The notes: a model not told the origin generated them from the letters alone. A DNA stretch of 24,000 bases from Acholeplasmataceae bacterium (GCA_049439405.1 JBMTKL010000001.1:14426-38425); one strand, 5' to 3'; positions 9,012 to 19,130 are shown, counted from the stretch's first letter. Made by a program: numbers and translations.

Positions 9012-10378
9012 TGGGTCGCCAATCTATAAAGATCATCTGTATAAATGATTGTTGCAGTAATTAAATGATCAATATTAATGAACTCTTCTGGTTGATGTAT
9101 ATTTGATGGTGTATTCAAAAAATGTGCTCCAAATGCAACAACATTTGGCATTGCTCTAGCAAATGTACCTCCACCTATGGAGAATGGTTTTGAATCGGTA
9201 TCACCAGTATGTTCTTGATACACGCTAAGTAAAGTTTGTACTAATGGGCTTTTTGGATTATTATAAATAATCGCTTTATGATGATCAACACTTACATAAG
9301 TGTCCCCGAAACATTGCTTAATTTGATTGACAACATCCTCAAATTCAATACCAAAAGGATAACGATAGTTTAAATAAATGAGTGCTTCACCATGCTCAAT
9401 ATTAATTACACCAACATTAGCAGTCGTTGGTCCCATTTCTTCATCTTCATGATATATATTCATTTTTTTACCATACAAATCATCATATAAAAACTTATTA
9501 TACTTTAAAGTAAATGTAGATTGCTCATGATCGATTAAAAACTTCATCATCAAATCAATTGCATTCACACCTTCGTGTGGAAGTGAACCATGAGCACTTT
9601 TACCATGTACAGTTAACACAACTAAATCCTCTTTTTGTTCGATGTCACCTTTGAGATGATGATCAGATAGATATTGACCAAATAAGGTTTGATAGTCTTT
9701 TGAAGCTTTCAGTGCAACTTTAGCAAAATCAGGTACCATATTATCTCTAAAACCACCTGTCATTGATACAATGTCAGAATCAGTAACAGGAACTCTAATA
9801 TTAATTCTTGATATACCTTTTTCTGCATAAATTAAAGGGAAATCAGCATCAGGAATAAAGCCACTAACAGGTGACTCAGGAAATTTCTTGAAATAATACT
9901 CTACACCTCTCCAACCTGTTTCCTCGTCTGTACCTAATATGAGTTTGATTGCGTGCTTTAATTCTACACCTAACTCTTTTAATATTTTCATTGCATAATA
10001 GACAGCGATCGTAGGACCTTTATCATCTTGAGTTCCACGGCCATACATAAGATTTTCAATAATTTCTGCTCCATATGGATCATGTTCCCAACCATTCCCA
10101 GCTGGGACTACATCTAAATGACCAATACTTCCAACAAATGTTTTTTGAGACCCTAAAATAATATGGCCTGCATATCCATCAACATTTAAGGTTTCAAATC
10201 CATCTTTTTTTGCAAGTGATAAAAACCATTCTAGTGTTTCTTGTATAGGCTCTCCAAATGGTGCTTGTGATCTTGTTGGATCATAACTAGTCAGTTCTGA
10301 TTTAAAACGAATTAACGTTTGCAAATCAGCAACCATGTCCACTTTTCTTTTTAATACTTCTTCTTTAAAATTTATCAT
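9008..10378 (-). CDS. pepV: M20-family dipeptidase, PepV-like
   Basis: The 456-aa protein reads [21 protein letters not shown]...[14 protein letters not shown]...LGTDEETGW...[14 protein letters not shown]. It is translationally coupled to thyA by a 4-nt overlap. Confidence 0.85.
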   Translation of the reverse strand: MINFKEEVLKRKVDMVADLQTLIRFKSELTSYDPTRSQAPFGEPIQETLEWFLSLAKKDGFETLNVDGYAGHIILGSQKTFVGSIGHLDVVPAGNGWEHDPYGAEIIENLMYGRGTQDDKGPTIAVYYAMKILKELGVELKHAIKLILGTDEETGWRGVEYYFKKFPESPVSGFIPDADFPLIYAEKGISRINIRVPVTDSDIVSMTGGFRDNMVPDFAKVALKASKDYQTLFGQYLSDHHLKGDIEQKEDLVVLTVHGKSAHGSLPHEGVNAIDLMMKFLIDHEQSTFTLKYNKFLYDDLYGKKMNIYHEDEEMGPTTANVGVINIEHGEALIYLNYRYPFGIEFEDVVNQIKQCFGDTYVSVDHHKAIIYNNPKSPLVQTLLSVYQEHTGDTDSKPFSIGGGTFARAMPNVVAFGAHFLNTPSNIHQPEEFINIDHLITATIIYTDDLYRLATQ

Positions 10379-10427
10379 GATTAAGCTCCTTCATTATATG
10401 ACATTATAGCATAATCAAATGATTTTT

Positions 10428-10778
10428 TTAAGTGTTTTTATCTTCCTTTAAGCTACTTTCTTTCGTGTCTTTTAAATAACTGATTCGTTCTGCAACGACT
10501 TCAATCATCGTATAGCTTTTGCTTTCTATTTCTTTTTTATAGGATTGGATTCTTCCTTTAAGTGCGATCATTGTCCCTTTTTGACAATAAGGTTCAATTA
10601 AAGTTGATAGACCTTCCCAAACACTACATTTTACAAAATCTGTATCATATTGACCATCAACATTTTTATAAGGTCTTTGAACAGCTAGAAATAATGTAGA
10701 TACTTTTCTCCCGTCTTCTAAAATATGCGTTTCTAAATCTTTTGTTAATCGACCGACTAAGACAACTTGATTCAGCAT
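10428..10778 (-). CDS. ssb: Single-stranded DNA-binding protein, short form lacking the acidic C-terminal tip
   Basis: I place the start at the internal ATG at 10778, which has a GGAGG RBS at 10784-10788. The product is 116 aa: MLNQVVLVGRLTKDLETHILEDGRKVSTLFLAVQRPYKN...FVKCSVWEGLS...KGTMIALKGRIQS (OB-fold SSB signature). The listed 169-aa ORF adds 53 upstream residues that cover the promoter region and are very likely spurious. Confidence 0.8.
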   Translation of the reverse strand: MLNQVVLVGRLTKDLETHILEDGRKVSTLFLAVQRPYKNVDGQYDTDFVKCSVWEGLSTLIEPYCQKGTMIALKGRIQSYKKEIESKSYTMIEVVAERISYLKDTKESSLKEDKNT

Positions 10779-10871
10779 ATATGCCTCCTTTTTTGAAACA
10801 TTAAAACACAATGCTTCATAATCGACAAATGTATGTTTAAGAGTTGAAAGATGACATACGGCGAACTTATA

Positions 10872-10908
10872 TAAAAAAAGAGAAGAAAAATACGTATTTT
10901 CTTCTCTT
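10872..10908 (-). terminator. Intrinsic terminator ending the long minus-strand unit (after the M16 peptidase genes)
   Basis: The minus strand reads AGAGAAGAAAA-TACGTA-TTTTTCTTCTCT followed by TTTTTTT. This is a stem of about 11 bp plus a U-tract, immediately downstream of the stop at 10947. Confidence 0.75.
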
Positions 10909-10946
10909 ATATATTGCATTAATGCTATTTTAATCATAAATAACGT

Positions 10947-12215
10947 TTATTTTGTAGGAGTTAAAATAAGTGTGGAAGTATCACAATCTTTTAATCGCTG
11001 ATACATGGTCTTTATATCTTCATAATTTAATTCATTTTTCGCATCTAAAACGTCAAACAAATCAAGACCTTCTAGCTCGTATTGTGCGAACAATTCAATC
11101 TTTTGTTCTTGATGATCCAACATTTCGATTTGATTTGCGAGACTGACGCGTTTAAACCGCTCAAATGATTCATGACTAATGTGGAATTCTATTTGCAATT
11201 TAAATACATCATTGATCGCTGTCATCAATAATTCAGGAGCATCTGTTTCAGCATAAATGACGACTGCTTCTGCACCATTCAGTCTTTCTACATGATAATA
11301 TAATTCTTTTTTTACCAATTGTTGATCAAGGAAAGCTTGTGATAAAGTACTTGAAGAGCCAAATAAACCATGGAGAAGCATAAATAATGCTGACATTTCT
11401 TTTTCATAGTTAAGACCATTGGATAGACCGCTAAGCTTAATTCCATACATTAACATTTGATGTGTGATGTCTTCTTCAAGCACTTGATGCTTGATTGGAC
11501 ATGTTGATGGTTCAACGATGTCTATAAATTTAGGATTTAACGAACTTTTTTTTCTATGTTCTAACGTATCTAAATATTGATCTAATGACTTGATATCGAT
11601 ATTTCCTGAAATCAGAAGTAACCTTTGATGATCTTGATAAAAATGTTGATGAACATCAGTAAGTAATTCTTTTGTAATCGTTGCAATCGTATCTTTTGTA
11701 CCTAAGATATCTGTTTTAATTGGATGGTTATGATACATATTTTGTCTTAAATGTCTGAATATTTTTGTATATAATCGATCATTATTCATTTGTATTTCTT
11801 CATTGATGATGTCGCGTTCTTTTAAAACATTTTCATCAGTAAAATAAGGTGTATCCACTGTTTCTAATAATAAGTCAATGCCTTCAAAGACATGTGACGT
11901 TGCACTAAAAATATACTGTGTCATCTCATATCCAGTCATCGCATTGGCATCTAGTCCTAGTGACACAAATTGAGTAAACATATCCCCTGCTTCTGATGCA
12001 TAGATTTTATGTTCAAAAAAATGTGCAATACCTTCTGGTAGATGCTTTATTTCATGATTGAGATGATAGGAAAGATGTCTAGCAGCAAAGGGAAACATTA
12101 AAGATACATGCGTTGTGTATGAAGGTACTTTAGGCATAGCAATGACTTTCATTCCACTTTTCAATGTTCTTCTGTAATAGGTTTCTTGATATTTCTGATT
12201 CGTTATTTTATTCAT
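10947..12215 (-). CDS. M16 (pitrilysin/insulinase) family zinc peptidase, catalytically competent subunit (YmfH/YfmH-like)
   Basis: The 422-aa protein has an inverted zinc-binding motif HxxEH in GIAHFFEHKIY near the N-terminus. It overlaps the upstream M16 paralog by 8 nt. Confidence 0.8.
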   Translation of the reverse strand: MNKITNQKYQETYYRRTLKSGMKVIAMPKVPSYTTHVSLMFPFAARHLSYHLNHEIKHLPEGIAHFFEHKIYASEAGDMFTQFVSLGLDANAMTGYEMTQYIFSATSHVFEGIDLLLETVDTPYFTDENVLKERDIINEEIQMNNDRLYTKIFRHLRQNMYHNHPIKTDILGTKDTIATITKELLTDVHQHFYQDHQRLLLISGNIDIKSLDQYLDTLEHRKKSSLNPKFIDIVEPSTCPIKHQVLEEDITHQMLMYGIKLSGLSNGLNYEKEMSALFMLLHGLFGSSSTLSQAFLDQQLVKKELYYHVERLNGAEAVVIYAETDAPELLMTAINDVFKLQIEFHISHESFERFKRVSLANQIEMLDHQEQKIELFAQYELEGLDLFDVLDAKNELNYEDIKTMYQRLKDCDTSTLILTPTK

Positions 12216-13416
12216 GATTTTTTCCTACAACACGATGTTCTAATATGAGTGATAGTTGATTCGCCACGCGATTAATATCTGTTTTTGTTACCGATTGAAT
12301 ATCTTTTAAGCGTTGATTCAAGTCATACGGTCTGTTATAAATTGTTTCTCTAAATGCCCGTTTTATGTAAATGTTTTGTTCATCTAAATTAGAAGTGATC
12401 ATATGAATGAATGATTGTTTTGCATCATGAAGCTCTTTGTCAGTGATGGTTTCAGTCATGGATGAAACAACTTTTTTAATCGATTTAATCGATTTTTCTT
12501 GTGATTGTATATCGACACCTGTAATGACTGTGAGCAGACCTTTTTCGTCATCATACTGCGCTGTAACCATATAGCACAATCCTTGCTCTTCTCTGACAAT
12601 TCTAAATAGTCTAGAGTCTCCATGAGTACCCAAAATCATCGTCATTAACTGTGCAGCTGCATGATCTTTTTCACCAAGAAACACAGGGAAATGATACCCT
12701 AAGTGGATAATCGCTTGTTCCATCTTCAAATACAAAATGTCTTGTTGTAGTTTTTGTAACTCAATTGCAGTATGTTTAACGCTAAATGATTGATGTAAAA
12801 AAGGATCTAGATCATGACTTAATTGTGTTTTCTCTTCGTCTGTTAAAGGACCTGTTGCATATGCAATGCGTTGTCCATGTAAAAAATGCTTCGTATAAAA
12901 TTGTCTCACATCATCTAAAGTTAGCGATTCTAAATCTTTGATTTGATCGTCTAATGGATAATGCTCAGGATGATGTGCTAATATTTTTTCTTTATACTTA
13001 ATGTGTGCATACTGCATTTTGTGATTTTCTAATGTTCGATATTGATGAAGTAGTATTCTTTTTTCTTGTTCAAATAGTGTTACATCAATAAACGTTTGTT
13101 CAAAGATATTGTGGATAGCAAACGACAATACTTCTTTTAATAATTGATGTTCATTGACCATTTTTCCAGAAATCAAGCGAATGGTAGATGTAAAAAGTGC
13201 TTGATTTCCAAGCACTCCTGAAGAGGTATTCACTGTGGCTCCAAAAAGCGTTTCTAACGTTCCAACAAAAAGTTTTTTGTTTGGGTATTTTGGACTACTT
13301 ATTTTCATTAATCGACTCATCATGGTCGATGCCATCACGTGAGCTTTCTGGTATGTAACTGCAGTGTATATTTTGATGCTAATTGTTTTGAATGTATCTT
13401 CAAATATACGAATCAT
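12208..13416 (-). CDS. M16-family peptidase paralog with degenerate active site (YmfF/YfmF-like)
   Basis: The 402-aa protein has M16-like length and pairing. The position expected for HxxEH reads AHVMASTMM, with no Glu or second His. An ATGA overlap links it to the deoD stop. Confidence 0.72.
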   Translation of the reverse strand: MIRIFEDTFKTISIKIYTAVTYQKAHVMASTMMSRLMKISSPKYPNKKLFVGTLETLFGATVNTSSGVLGNQALFTSTIRLISGKMVNEHQLLKEVLSFAIHNIFEQTFIDVTLFEQEKRILLHQYRTLENHKMQYAHIKYKEKILAHHPEHYPLDDQIKDLESLTLDDVRQFYTKHFLHGQRIAYATGPLTDEEKTQLSHDLDPFLHQSFSVKHTAIELQKLQQDILYLKMEQAIIHLGYHFPVFLGEKDHAAAQLMTMILGTHGDSRLFRIVREEQGLCYMVTAQYDDEKGLLTVITGVDIQSQEKSIKSIKKVVSSMTETITDKELHDAKQSFIHMITSNLDEQNIYIKRAFRETIYNRPYDLNQRLKDIQSVTKTDINRVANQLSLILEHRVVGKNHE

Positions 13417-14120
13417 ATACTATGTAAAGCAATCTCCATCATTTTTGTAAAAGCTGTTTGTCTTTCTTCTGGCGTCGTTAATTCATGTGTTACCAGTGAA
13501 TCAGAGACTGTGAGCAAGCAAGCTGCTTTTTTACCCAGAGCTTTAGCATTCGCAAATAACGCATAAGATTCCATTTCAACAGCAACAGCATGGTGTTTAT
13601 TGAATATCTCTTTATATTCATCACCATTTAACCGGTAAAAGACATCTGATGAATGAATAACTGCCTCTGTTAATGCATAGTTTAATTTTTGTGCTGCTTT
13701 TTTAAGTTTTCGATTGACCGTAGGCGTTGCTGCTAGTGTTTTTCTGTTAGATACACCCATTGTTTTCGCGAAACTAGATTCTGAAAAAGATGATTTTGCT
13801 AATATCACATCATAGAGCTTTAAATTAGGATCATATGCACCACATGATCCGATTCTAATAATTGTTTCAACATCATAAAACTTAAATAGTTCATAAGAAT
13901 AAATACCAATCGAAGGCATACCCATCCCAGATCCAAATACAGTAACTTTTTTACCATTAAAAAAGCCTGTATAGCCAAACATATTTCTTACAGCATTGAT
14001 TTGTTTAGCATCCGTTAAAAAAGTTTCTGCAATAAACTTGGCTCTTAGTGGATCACCAGGCATTAATACAATTGGAGAGATATCTTCTTTTCTACTATTA
14101 ATATGCGGTGTTGCCATCAT
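13413..14120 (-). CDS. deoD: Purine nucleoside phosphorylase, DeoD type
   Basis: The 235-aa protein reads MATPHINSRKEDISPIVLMPGDPLRAKFIAETFL...GMGMPSIGIYSYEL...AVEMESYALF. The second Met (14117) may be the true start. Confidence 0.92.
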   Translation of the reverse strand: MMATPHINSRKEDISPIVLMPGDPLRAKFIAETFLTDAKQINAVRNMFGYTGFFNGKKVTVFGSGMGMPSIGIYSYELFKFYDVETIIRIGSCGAYDPNLKLYDVILAKSSFSESSFAKTMGVSNRKTLAATPTVNRKLKKAAQKLNYALTEAVIHSSDVFYRLNGDEYKEIFNKHHAVAVEMESYALFANAKALGKKAACLLTVSDSLVTHELTTPEERQTAFTKMMEIALHSI

Positions 14121-14769
14121 ATTCCTCCTTATTAATCAGTGAAACGCCTCTTGATGTTCCAAGTCTCGTTGCACCTGCCTTAATCATTGCTAAGGCATCA
14201 TTCAAATCTCTAATACCACCTGATGCTTTCACTTCCAGTGCATCTCCTACTGTAGATTTCATGAGTTTAACATCTTCAATCGTTGCGCCACCACTTCCAA
14301 AACCAGTCGATGTTTTAACAAAATGAGCACCAGCTTTCATCGCCATTTGACATGCAAATATGATTTGTTCATGATTTAAGTAACATGTTTCTAAAATGAC
14401 TTTCACTGTTTTTCCTTCAGCAGATTCAACAACGGTACGAATGTCTTTGTACGTATGTACGTCATCAAATGCTAAGACATGAGCAACATTGATGACCATA
14501 TCAATTTCATCAGCACCATTTTTAATTGCTTCTCTCGTTTCAAAAGCTTTTGTCTCAGGCGTGTGCGTGCCATGAGGAAATCCAACAACTGTACACGTTA
14601 AAACGTTTGTACCTTTGAGTGCTTCTGAGACGTACGTTACGAAATGCGGATTCACACACAAACTCTTAAACTGATATTTCTTTCCTTCTTCAATGAGCTG
14701 ATCAATGTCTTTTCTGGTCACTGTGGGTCCAAGTTTTGTATGATCAATCATGCGGTGTAATGTATTCAT
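14098..14769 (-). CDS. deoC: Deoxyribose-phosphate aldolase
   Basis: The 223-aa protein reads IDHTKLGPTVTRKDIDQL...SLCVNP...DEIDMVINV...KVILETCYL...GAHFVKTSTGF...VKASGGIR. It is a class I aldolase and the Lys contexts are present. Confidence 0.92.
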   Translation of the reverse strand: MNTLHRMIDHTKLGPTVTRKDIDQLIEEGKKYQFKSLCVNPHFVTYVSEALKGTNVLTCTVVGFPHGTHTPETKAFETREAIKNGADEIDMVINVAHVLAFDDVHTYKDIRTVVESAEGKTVKVILETCYLNHEQIIFACQMAMKAGAHFVKTSTGFGSGGATIEDVKLMKSTVGDALEVKASGGIRDLNDALAMIKAGATRLGTSRGVSLINKEEYDGNTAY

Positions 14770-14775
14770 AGTTAC

Positions 14776-15642
14776 CTAACTTTCTATATCCATTAATGCA
14801 TTCAAAGGTATTCTTTTTCCTTCATTACATAATGCTTTTAATCCATGAGCTTTTTTTAATACTTTTATTGCTTTTGGTAATAATTTTTTTGGAATCACTT
14901 TCGTACCTTCAATGGTTCCTGGTACTTTCACTGTATATTTGTCAATGAGCATTTCAATATCTAAATAATGAATGATTTTTACCGTGTCAACAATATGAAA
15001 ATAACATACATTGACAAACGGAGGAATGACTGCAGGTTGATTGTCATACCAATGAAATCCAATATGTAAGTGGTCGTGACATTTTGTCAGTTCATAACCA
15101 GAAACAAAAGTATCCACATCATCGTAATAGTCTTTTAAATCCATAAGGTCATCAGAATATTTGAATATATGAAATAAAATGTGCTGTTCAATGACTTCAA
15201 AAGGTTCCAAAAGCGACATATCTTTTCTGATTGAAGCCTCTTTTACCATTTTAAATACTTGATTTAAAACATCGTATTGATAGGATAAAACATCTTCAAA
15301 TAATGGATGATAAATGTATAAATGAAATTTTCTTGAAAACGCTTCAATAAACTTAAAAAATTGATTTGCCATATAACTTGACGTCATAAGTGGCATATCA
15401 AAATGAACATTTATATCCAAATATTTCGGACTTAACCTGTAAATATCAGGAACAGTGGTTTTTGGCGTAATCATGAATAAACATTTCAAATGAAGTGTCT
15501 TATGCTCAAAAATAAAACGTGCATTCGTTTCATCAGCATCCACAGAAAACCCTAATTCATACTGAAAAAAAGCAAAAATTGCTTCAATATCAATCGTTTG
15601 ATTATTTTCTTTGAAAAAATGCACTCTAAATTGTGACATCAT
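14776..15642 (-). CDS. Hypothetical protein, 288 aa, no family recognised
   Basis: This is a long clean ORF in the same orientation as its neighbours. It lies 26 nt after surE and 6 nt before deoC. GAGAGG RBS. It is soluble, acidic and aromatic-rich, and contains an HDHLHIGFHWYD stretch. Confidence 0.6.
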   Translation of the reverse strand: MMSQFRVHFFKENNQTIDIEAIFAFFQYELGFSVDADETNARFIFEHKTLHLKCLFMITPKTTVPDIYRLSPKYLDINVHFDMPLMTSSYMANQFFKFIEAFSRKFHLYIYHPLFEDVLSYQYDVLNQVFKMVKEASIRKDMSLLEPFEVIEQHILFHIFKYSDDLMDLKDYYDDVDTFVSGYELTKCHDHLHIGFHWYDNQPAVIPPFVNVCYFHIVDTVKIIHYLDIEMLIDKYTVKVPGTIEGTKVIPKKLLPKAIKVLKKAHGLKALCNEGKRIPLNALMDIES

Positions 15643-15668
15643 AACCTCTCATTCATTATACCATTAAA

Positions 15669-16409
15669 CTACGTTTTTGTAGCAGTCATGAAGTGTTTAA
15701 TTGCATCATAATCGGTCGTGTCAAAACGTAAAGGTGTGATCGAAATAAATCCATCGTTCGTAGCTTGCACATCACTATTTTCATCTTCAATATAATGTTT
15801 AGCAGAATAATTAGGAACAAACATGTGCATATCTTTAGATGGCATGAAATCAGAGTATTGATGTCTTTTACCTAATTTAGTGATTTTAACGCCAACCGGT
15901 TTCTGATATTTCACATGCGGAAAATTAATATTTAAAATGTGTGATCCTACATAAATTTTTGATTCAAAAATTTCATCAAACAATTTAACTGTTTCATCGT
16001 ATAAATAATCTAGATGCGGATTCGCTGCACTGACAGCTATCGCAGGAATATCTTTAAATTTTGCTTCTCTTGCCGCACCAACAGTACCTGAATAAAAAAC
16101 ATCAGTCGCTATGTTATGTCCGTAATTGATCCCTGAAACACATAAGTCAAAGTCAACATTAAAAGCTTTTAATCCGATAGACACACAATCAGAAGGTGTT
16201 CCATCAACTGCAATGGTAGATTTAGAACCAACAATAGGATCAGGATAAAATATATGTATATTTTTTCGAATCGATATCGCCATCGACTTTCCACTTTGAC
16301 CCGTTTCAGGTGCAGCAACATAAACATTACCAAAGATAGCTAAAGCTTTGACTAATGTATGCAACCCTGAGGCTTGATATCCGTCATCATTGACAACTAA
16401 TATATTCAT
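15669..16409 (-). CDS. surE: 5'/3'-nucleotidase SurE
   Basis: The 246-aa protein starts MNILVVNDDGYQASGLHTL (the DD metal site), then reads ...SGINYGHNIATDVFYSGTVGAAREA. An ATGA overlap links it to the ileS stop. Confidence 0.9.
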   Translation of the reverse strand: MNILVVNDDGYQASGLHTLVKALAIFGNVYVAAPETGQSGKSMAISIRKNIHIFYPDPIVGSKSTIAVDGTPSDCVSIGLKAFNVDFDLCVSGINYGHNIATDVFYSGTVGAAREAKFKDIPAIAVSAANPHLDYLYDETVKLFDEIFESKIYVGSHILNINFPHVKYQKPVGVKITKLGKRHQYSDFMPSKDMHMFVPNYSAKHYIEDENSDVQATNDGFISITPLRFDTTDYDAIKHFMTATKT

Positions 16410-19111
16410 AAAAGCTCCTTCATTACTTGCTCACATCGATGACATAGTTTATCTTCATTGACTTTTTCGTAAACATTCCAACAACGCTCACATGTATGAC
16501 CTTCAAAAACTGTTAAAGAAGCACTAAGTGCATCACTCATATTAATTTCTACTTCTGCTACCATGAAAATTTCTTTCAAGTTTACTTTTAATTTATTGAC
16601 GGCTTCAAGCATGTCTTCAGTGATATGAAGATGAATCTTTGCTTGCATCGATTTTGATATCGTTTTTTCTGCTCTTGCTTTTTCTAAGACAAGATTCACT
16701 TCGTCTCTTAATGTATAAAGAACATCTAAAGCTCCTCTTAACTCAAAAGGCTCTTCAAAAGGTTTTGGTTCTGAAAGTCTCTCTAAATAGACATCTTCTT
16801 TTTTGTCGAAAGGTAAAAATTGATATGCTTCACTCGTCGTGTGAGGAATGATTGGTGTTAATACTTTTAATAACGTGAGTGTGATATCAAATAATGTCGA
16901 TTGAACAGATCGTCTATTTAAATCTTCTTTTTTAGCTGTATATAATAAATCTTTCGTAAAATCTAAATAAAATGCACTTAAATCATTAATTATAAAAGGC
17001 ATTAATAAACGATATACTTTGTCAAATTGATATGATTCATATGCTTCTATCATACGATTATATAAATCACTTAATTTGAGCGTCATTGCACGGTTTATGT
17101 TCCCGCGCATCGAATAACTCACATAATCGGTATCAACATTAAAGTCAGATAAATTACCTAGCATATAACGTAAAGTATTTCTAATCTTACGATATCCTTC
17201 ACTAATTTGTTTTAAATTTTCATCACTAATTCTTACATCTTGCTGGTAATCTGTCGTTGCTACCCATAATCTAAGTAAATCTGCACCCATTTGATTCATG
17301 ACTTTCACAGGATCCACTGTGTTTCCTAGTGATTTACTCATTTTACGTCCATTTCCATCTAGTACAAATCCATGTGAAACAACTGCTTTATAAGGTGCTT
17401 TACCAAAAGCAGCAACCGAAGTTGAAATACTTGAATTAAACCAACCACGGTACTGATCAGACCCTTCTAAATAGACATCAGCAGGATAGATTTCACCATA
17501 GCGTTCTAAAGACATATAACTCGTTCCTGAATCAAACCAAACATCCATGATATCGGTCTCTTTAGTGAACAGTCCATTAGGACTTCCAGGATGTATAAAT
17601 CTTTCAGGTAATAAATCTTTTGCATCTCTTTCAAACCAAACATTAGACCCATGCTTTGTAAAGAGATTTGCAACATGCGCTAGGACTTCTTGACTTAATA
17701 TCGCCTCACCATTTTCAGCATAAAACACCGGGATTGGTACACCCCAAGCACGTTGACGAGAAATACACCAATCTTCTCGACCTTCAACCATGTTTGAAAG
17801 TCTTGTTTCACCCCACGATGGAAACCACTCAACCTCTTTGATTGACTCTAATAAAGGTTTTTTAATTGCTTTGATTGATGCAAACCATTGAGGTGTCGCT
17901 CTAAAAATCACTGGTTTTTGGGTTCTCCAATCATGAGGGTATGCATGCGTAAAACGTGTGGCTTTTAAAAGTGTTTGCTTAACTTCTAAGTCTTTTATAA
18001 TTTGTGCGTTAGCATCAGCATAAAACATACCTTCATATTGTAATGCTGTATCCATCATAAACCCTTTACTATCTACTGGACAAAAAACTTCTAAATCATA
18101 AGCTTTACCGACGATATAATCATCTTCACCATGTCCTGGTGCTGTATGAACAAGACCACTACCATCTTCAGCAGTAACATGTTCGCCTAAAATCAAAGGA
18201 CATTCGAGATCAAATAGTGGATGTTCATATGTCATATGTTCTAACGTATGACCTTTAAACGTATCAAGAATTTTTGGTGTTTTCCAAGAGAGTGTTTCAG
18301 TAACATGATCAAATAATGCTTCAGCGATGATGTATTGTTTATCATCGACTTCAACTAAAACATAATTGAAATTTGGATGAACTGAAATCGCACGATTGGC
18401 TGGTAATGTCCATGGTGTTGTCGTCCAAATAACAAAGTGTGCATCGTTCAGAGGTTCAGGCACTGTTTTTGCTTTGAATGCAACATAAATAGAGGTATCT
18501 TCTACATCTTTATATTCAATTTCTGCTTCAGCGAGTGCTGTTTCACTTGAAGGTGACCAAAACACAGGCTTCAAGCCTTTGTAGATAAGTCCTCGTTCAA
18601 CCATTTTTGCAAATACACGTATTTGATCTCCCTCATAGGCAGGTTTTAAAGTAATATATGGATCGTTCCACTCACCTAAAATACCTAAACGTTTAAACTG
18701 TTCTCGTTGTCTTTCAATTTGCTTGTAAGCATAATCTCGACATAAATTTCGATACTCTGATAAAGGCATATCTTTTCTTTTAATGCCTTTTTTAGCTAGT
18801 GCAGTTTCAATCGGTAAGCCATGCGTATCCCAACCTGGAATATAACGCGTGCTAAAGCCTCTCATTGTTTTATATCTTAAGACAAAATCTTTAAGTATCT
18901 TGTTCATTGCATGACCAATATGAATGTCACCATTGGCATAAGGTGGTCCATCATGTAAGACAAAAGGTTTAGCATCCTTATTAGCATCTAAACTTTTTTG
19001 ATATAACTGCATCTTTTCCCACATTTCTTGTAAACTCGGCTCTTTTTGACCCAAATTGCCTCGCATAGGAAAGTCAGTATTAGGTAAATTCAGAGTGTCT
19101 TTGTAGTTCAT
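16406..19111 (-). CDS. ileS: Isoleucine--tRNA ligase
   Basis: I place the start at the ATG at 19111 (MNYKDTLNLPNTDFPMRGNL...), with an AAGGAGA RBS upstream. The class I HIGH motif is in PPYANGDIHIGHAMNK and the KMSKS motif in GRKMSKSLGN. There is a C-terminal Cys cluster (CERC...CHRC). The 22 extra N-terminal residues in the listed ORF overlap the T-box terminator and are spurious. Confidence 0.95.
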   Translation of the reverse strand: MNYKDTLNLPNTDFPMRGNLGQKEPSLQEMWEKMQLYQKSLDANKDAKPFVLHDGPPYANGDIHIGHAMNKILKDFVLRYKTMRGFSTRYIPGWDTHGLPIETALAKKGIKRKDMPLSEYRNLCRDYAYKQIERQREQFKRLGILGEWNDPYITLKPAYEGDQIRVFAKMVERGLIYKGLKPVFWSPSSETALAEAEIEYKDVEDTSIYVAFKAKTVPEPLNDAHFVIWTTTPWTLPANRAISVHPNFNYVLVEVDDKQYIIAEALFDHVTETLSWKTPKILDTFKGHTLEHMTYEHPLFDLECPLILGEHVTAEDGSGLVHTAPGHGEDDYIVGKAYDLEVFCPVDSKGFMMDTALQYEGMFYADANAQIIKDLEVKQTLLKATRFTHAYPHDWRTQKPVIFRATPQWFASIKAIKKPLLESIKEVEWFPSWGETRLSNMVEGREDWCISRQRAWGVPIPVFYAENGEAILSQEVLAHVANLFTKHGSNVWFERDAKDLLPERFIHPGSPNGLFTKETDIMDVWFDSGTSYMSLERYGEIYPADVYLEGSDQYRGWFNSSISTSVAAFGKAPYKAVVSHGFVLDGNGRKMSKSLGNTVDPVKVMNQMGADLLRLWVATTDYQQDVRISDENLKQISEGYRKIRNTLRYMLGNLSDFNVDTDYVSYSMRGNINRAMTLKLSDLYNRMIEAYESYQFDKVYRLLMPFIINDLSAFYLDFTKDLLYTAKKEDLNRRSVQSTLFDITLTLLKVLTPIIPHTTSEAYQFLPFDKKEDVYLERLSEPKPFEEPFELRGALDVLYTLRDEVNLVLEKARAEKTISKSMQAKIHLHITEDMLEAVNKLKVNLKEIFMVAEVEINMSDALSASLTVFEGHTCERCWNVYEKVNEDKLCHRCEQVMKELL

Positions 19112-19130
19112 TATTTTCTCCTTTAATATA

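Noticed and set aside
10779-10937. 53-codon N-terminal extension of the ssb ORF
   Set aside because: It spans the upstream terminator hairpin and the promoter-like sequence. The conserved SSB start (MLNQVVLVGRL) has a GGAGG RBS at the internal ATG.
15655-15663. TGGTATAAT extended -10 match (minus strand) between surE and the 288-aa ORF
   Set aside because: I did not call it as a feature. The implied start site would fall at or within the RBS, giving almost no leader, and such matches are frequent in AT-rich DNA. It is kept only as a caveat to the long-operon idea.
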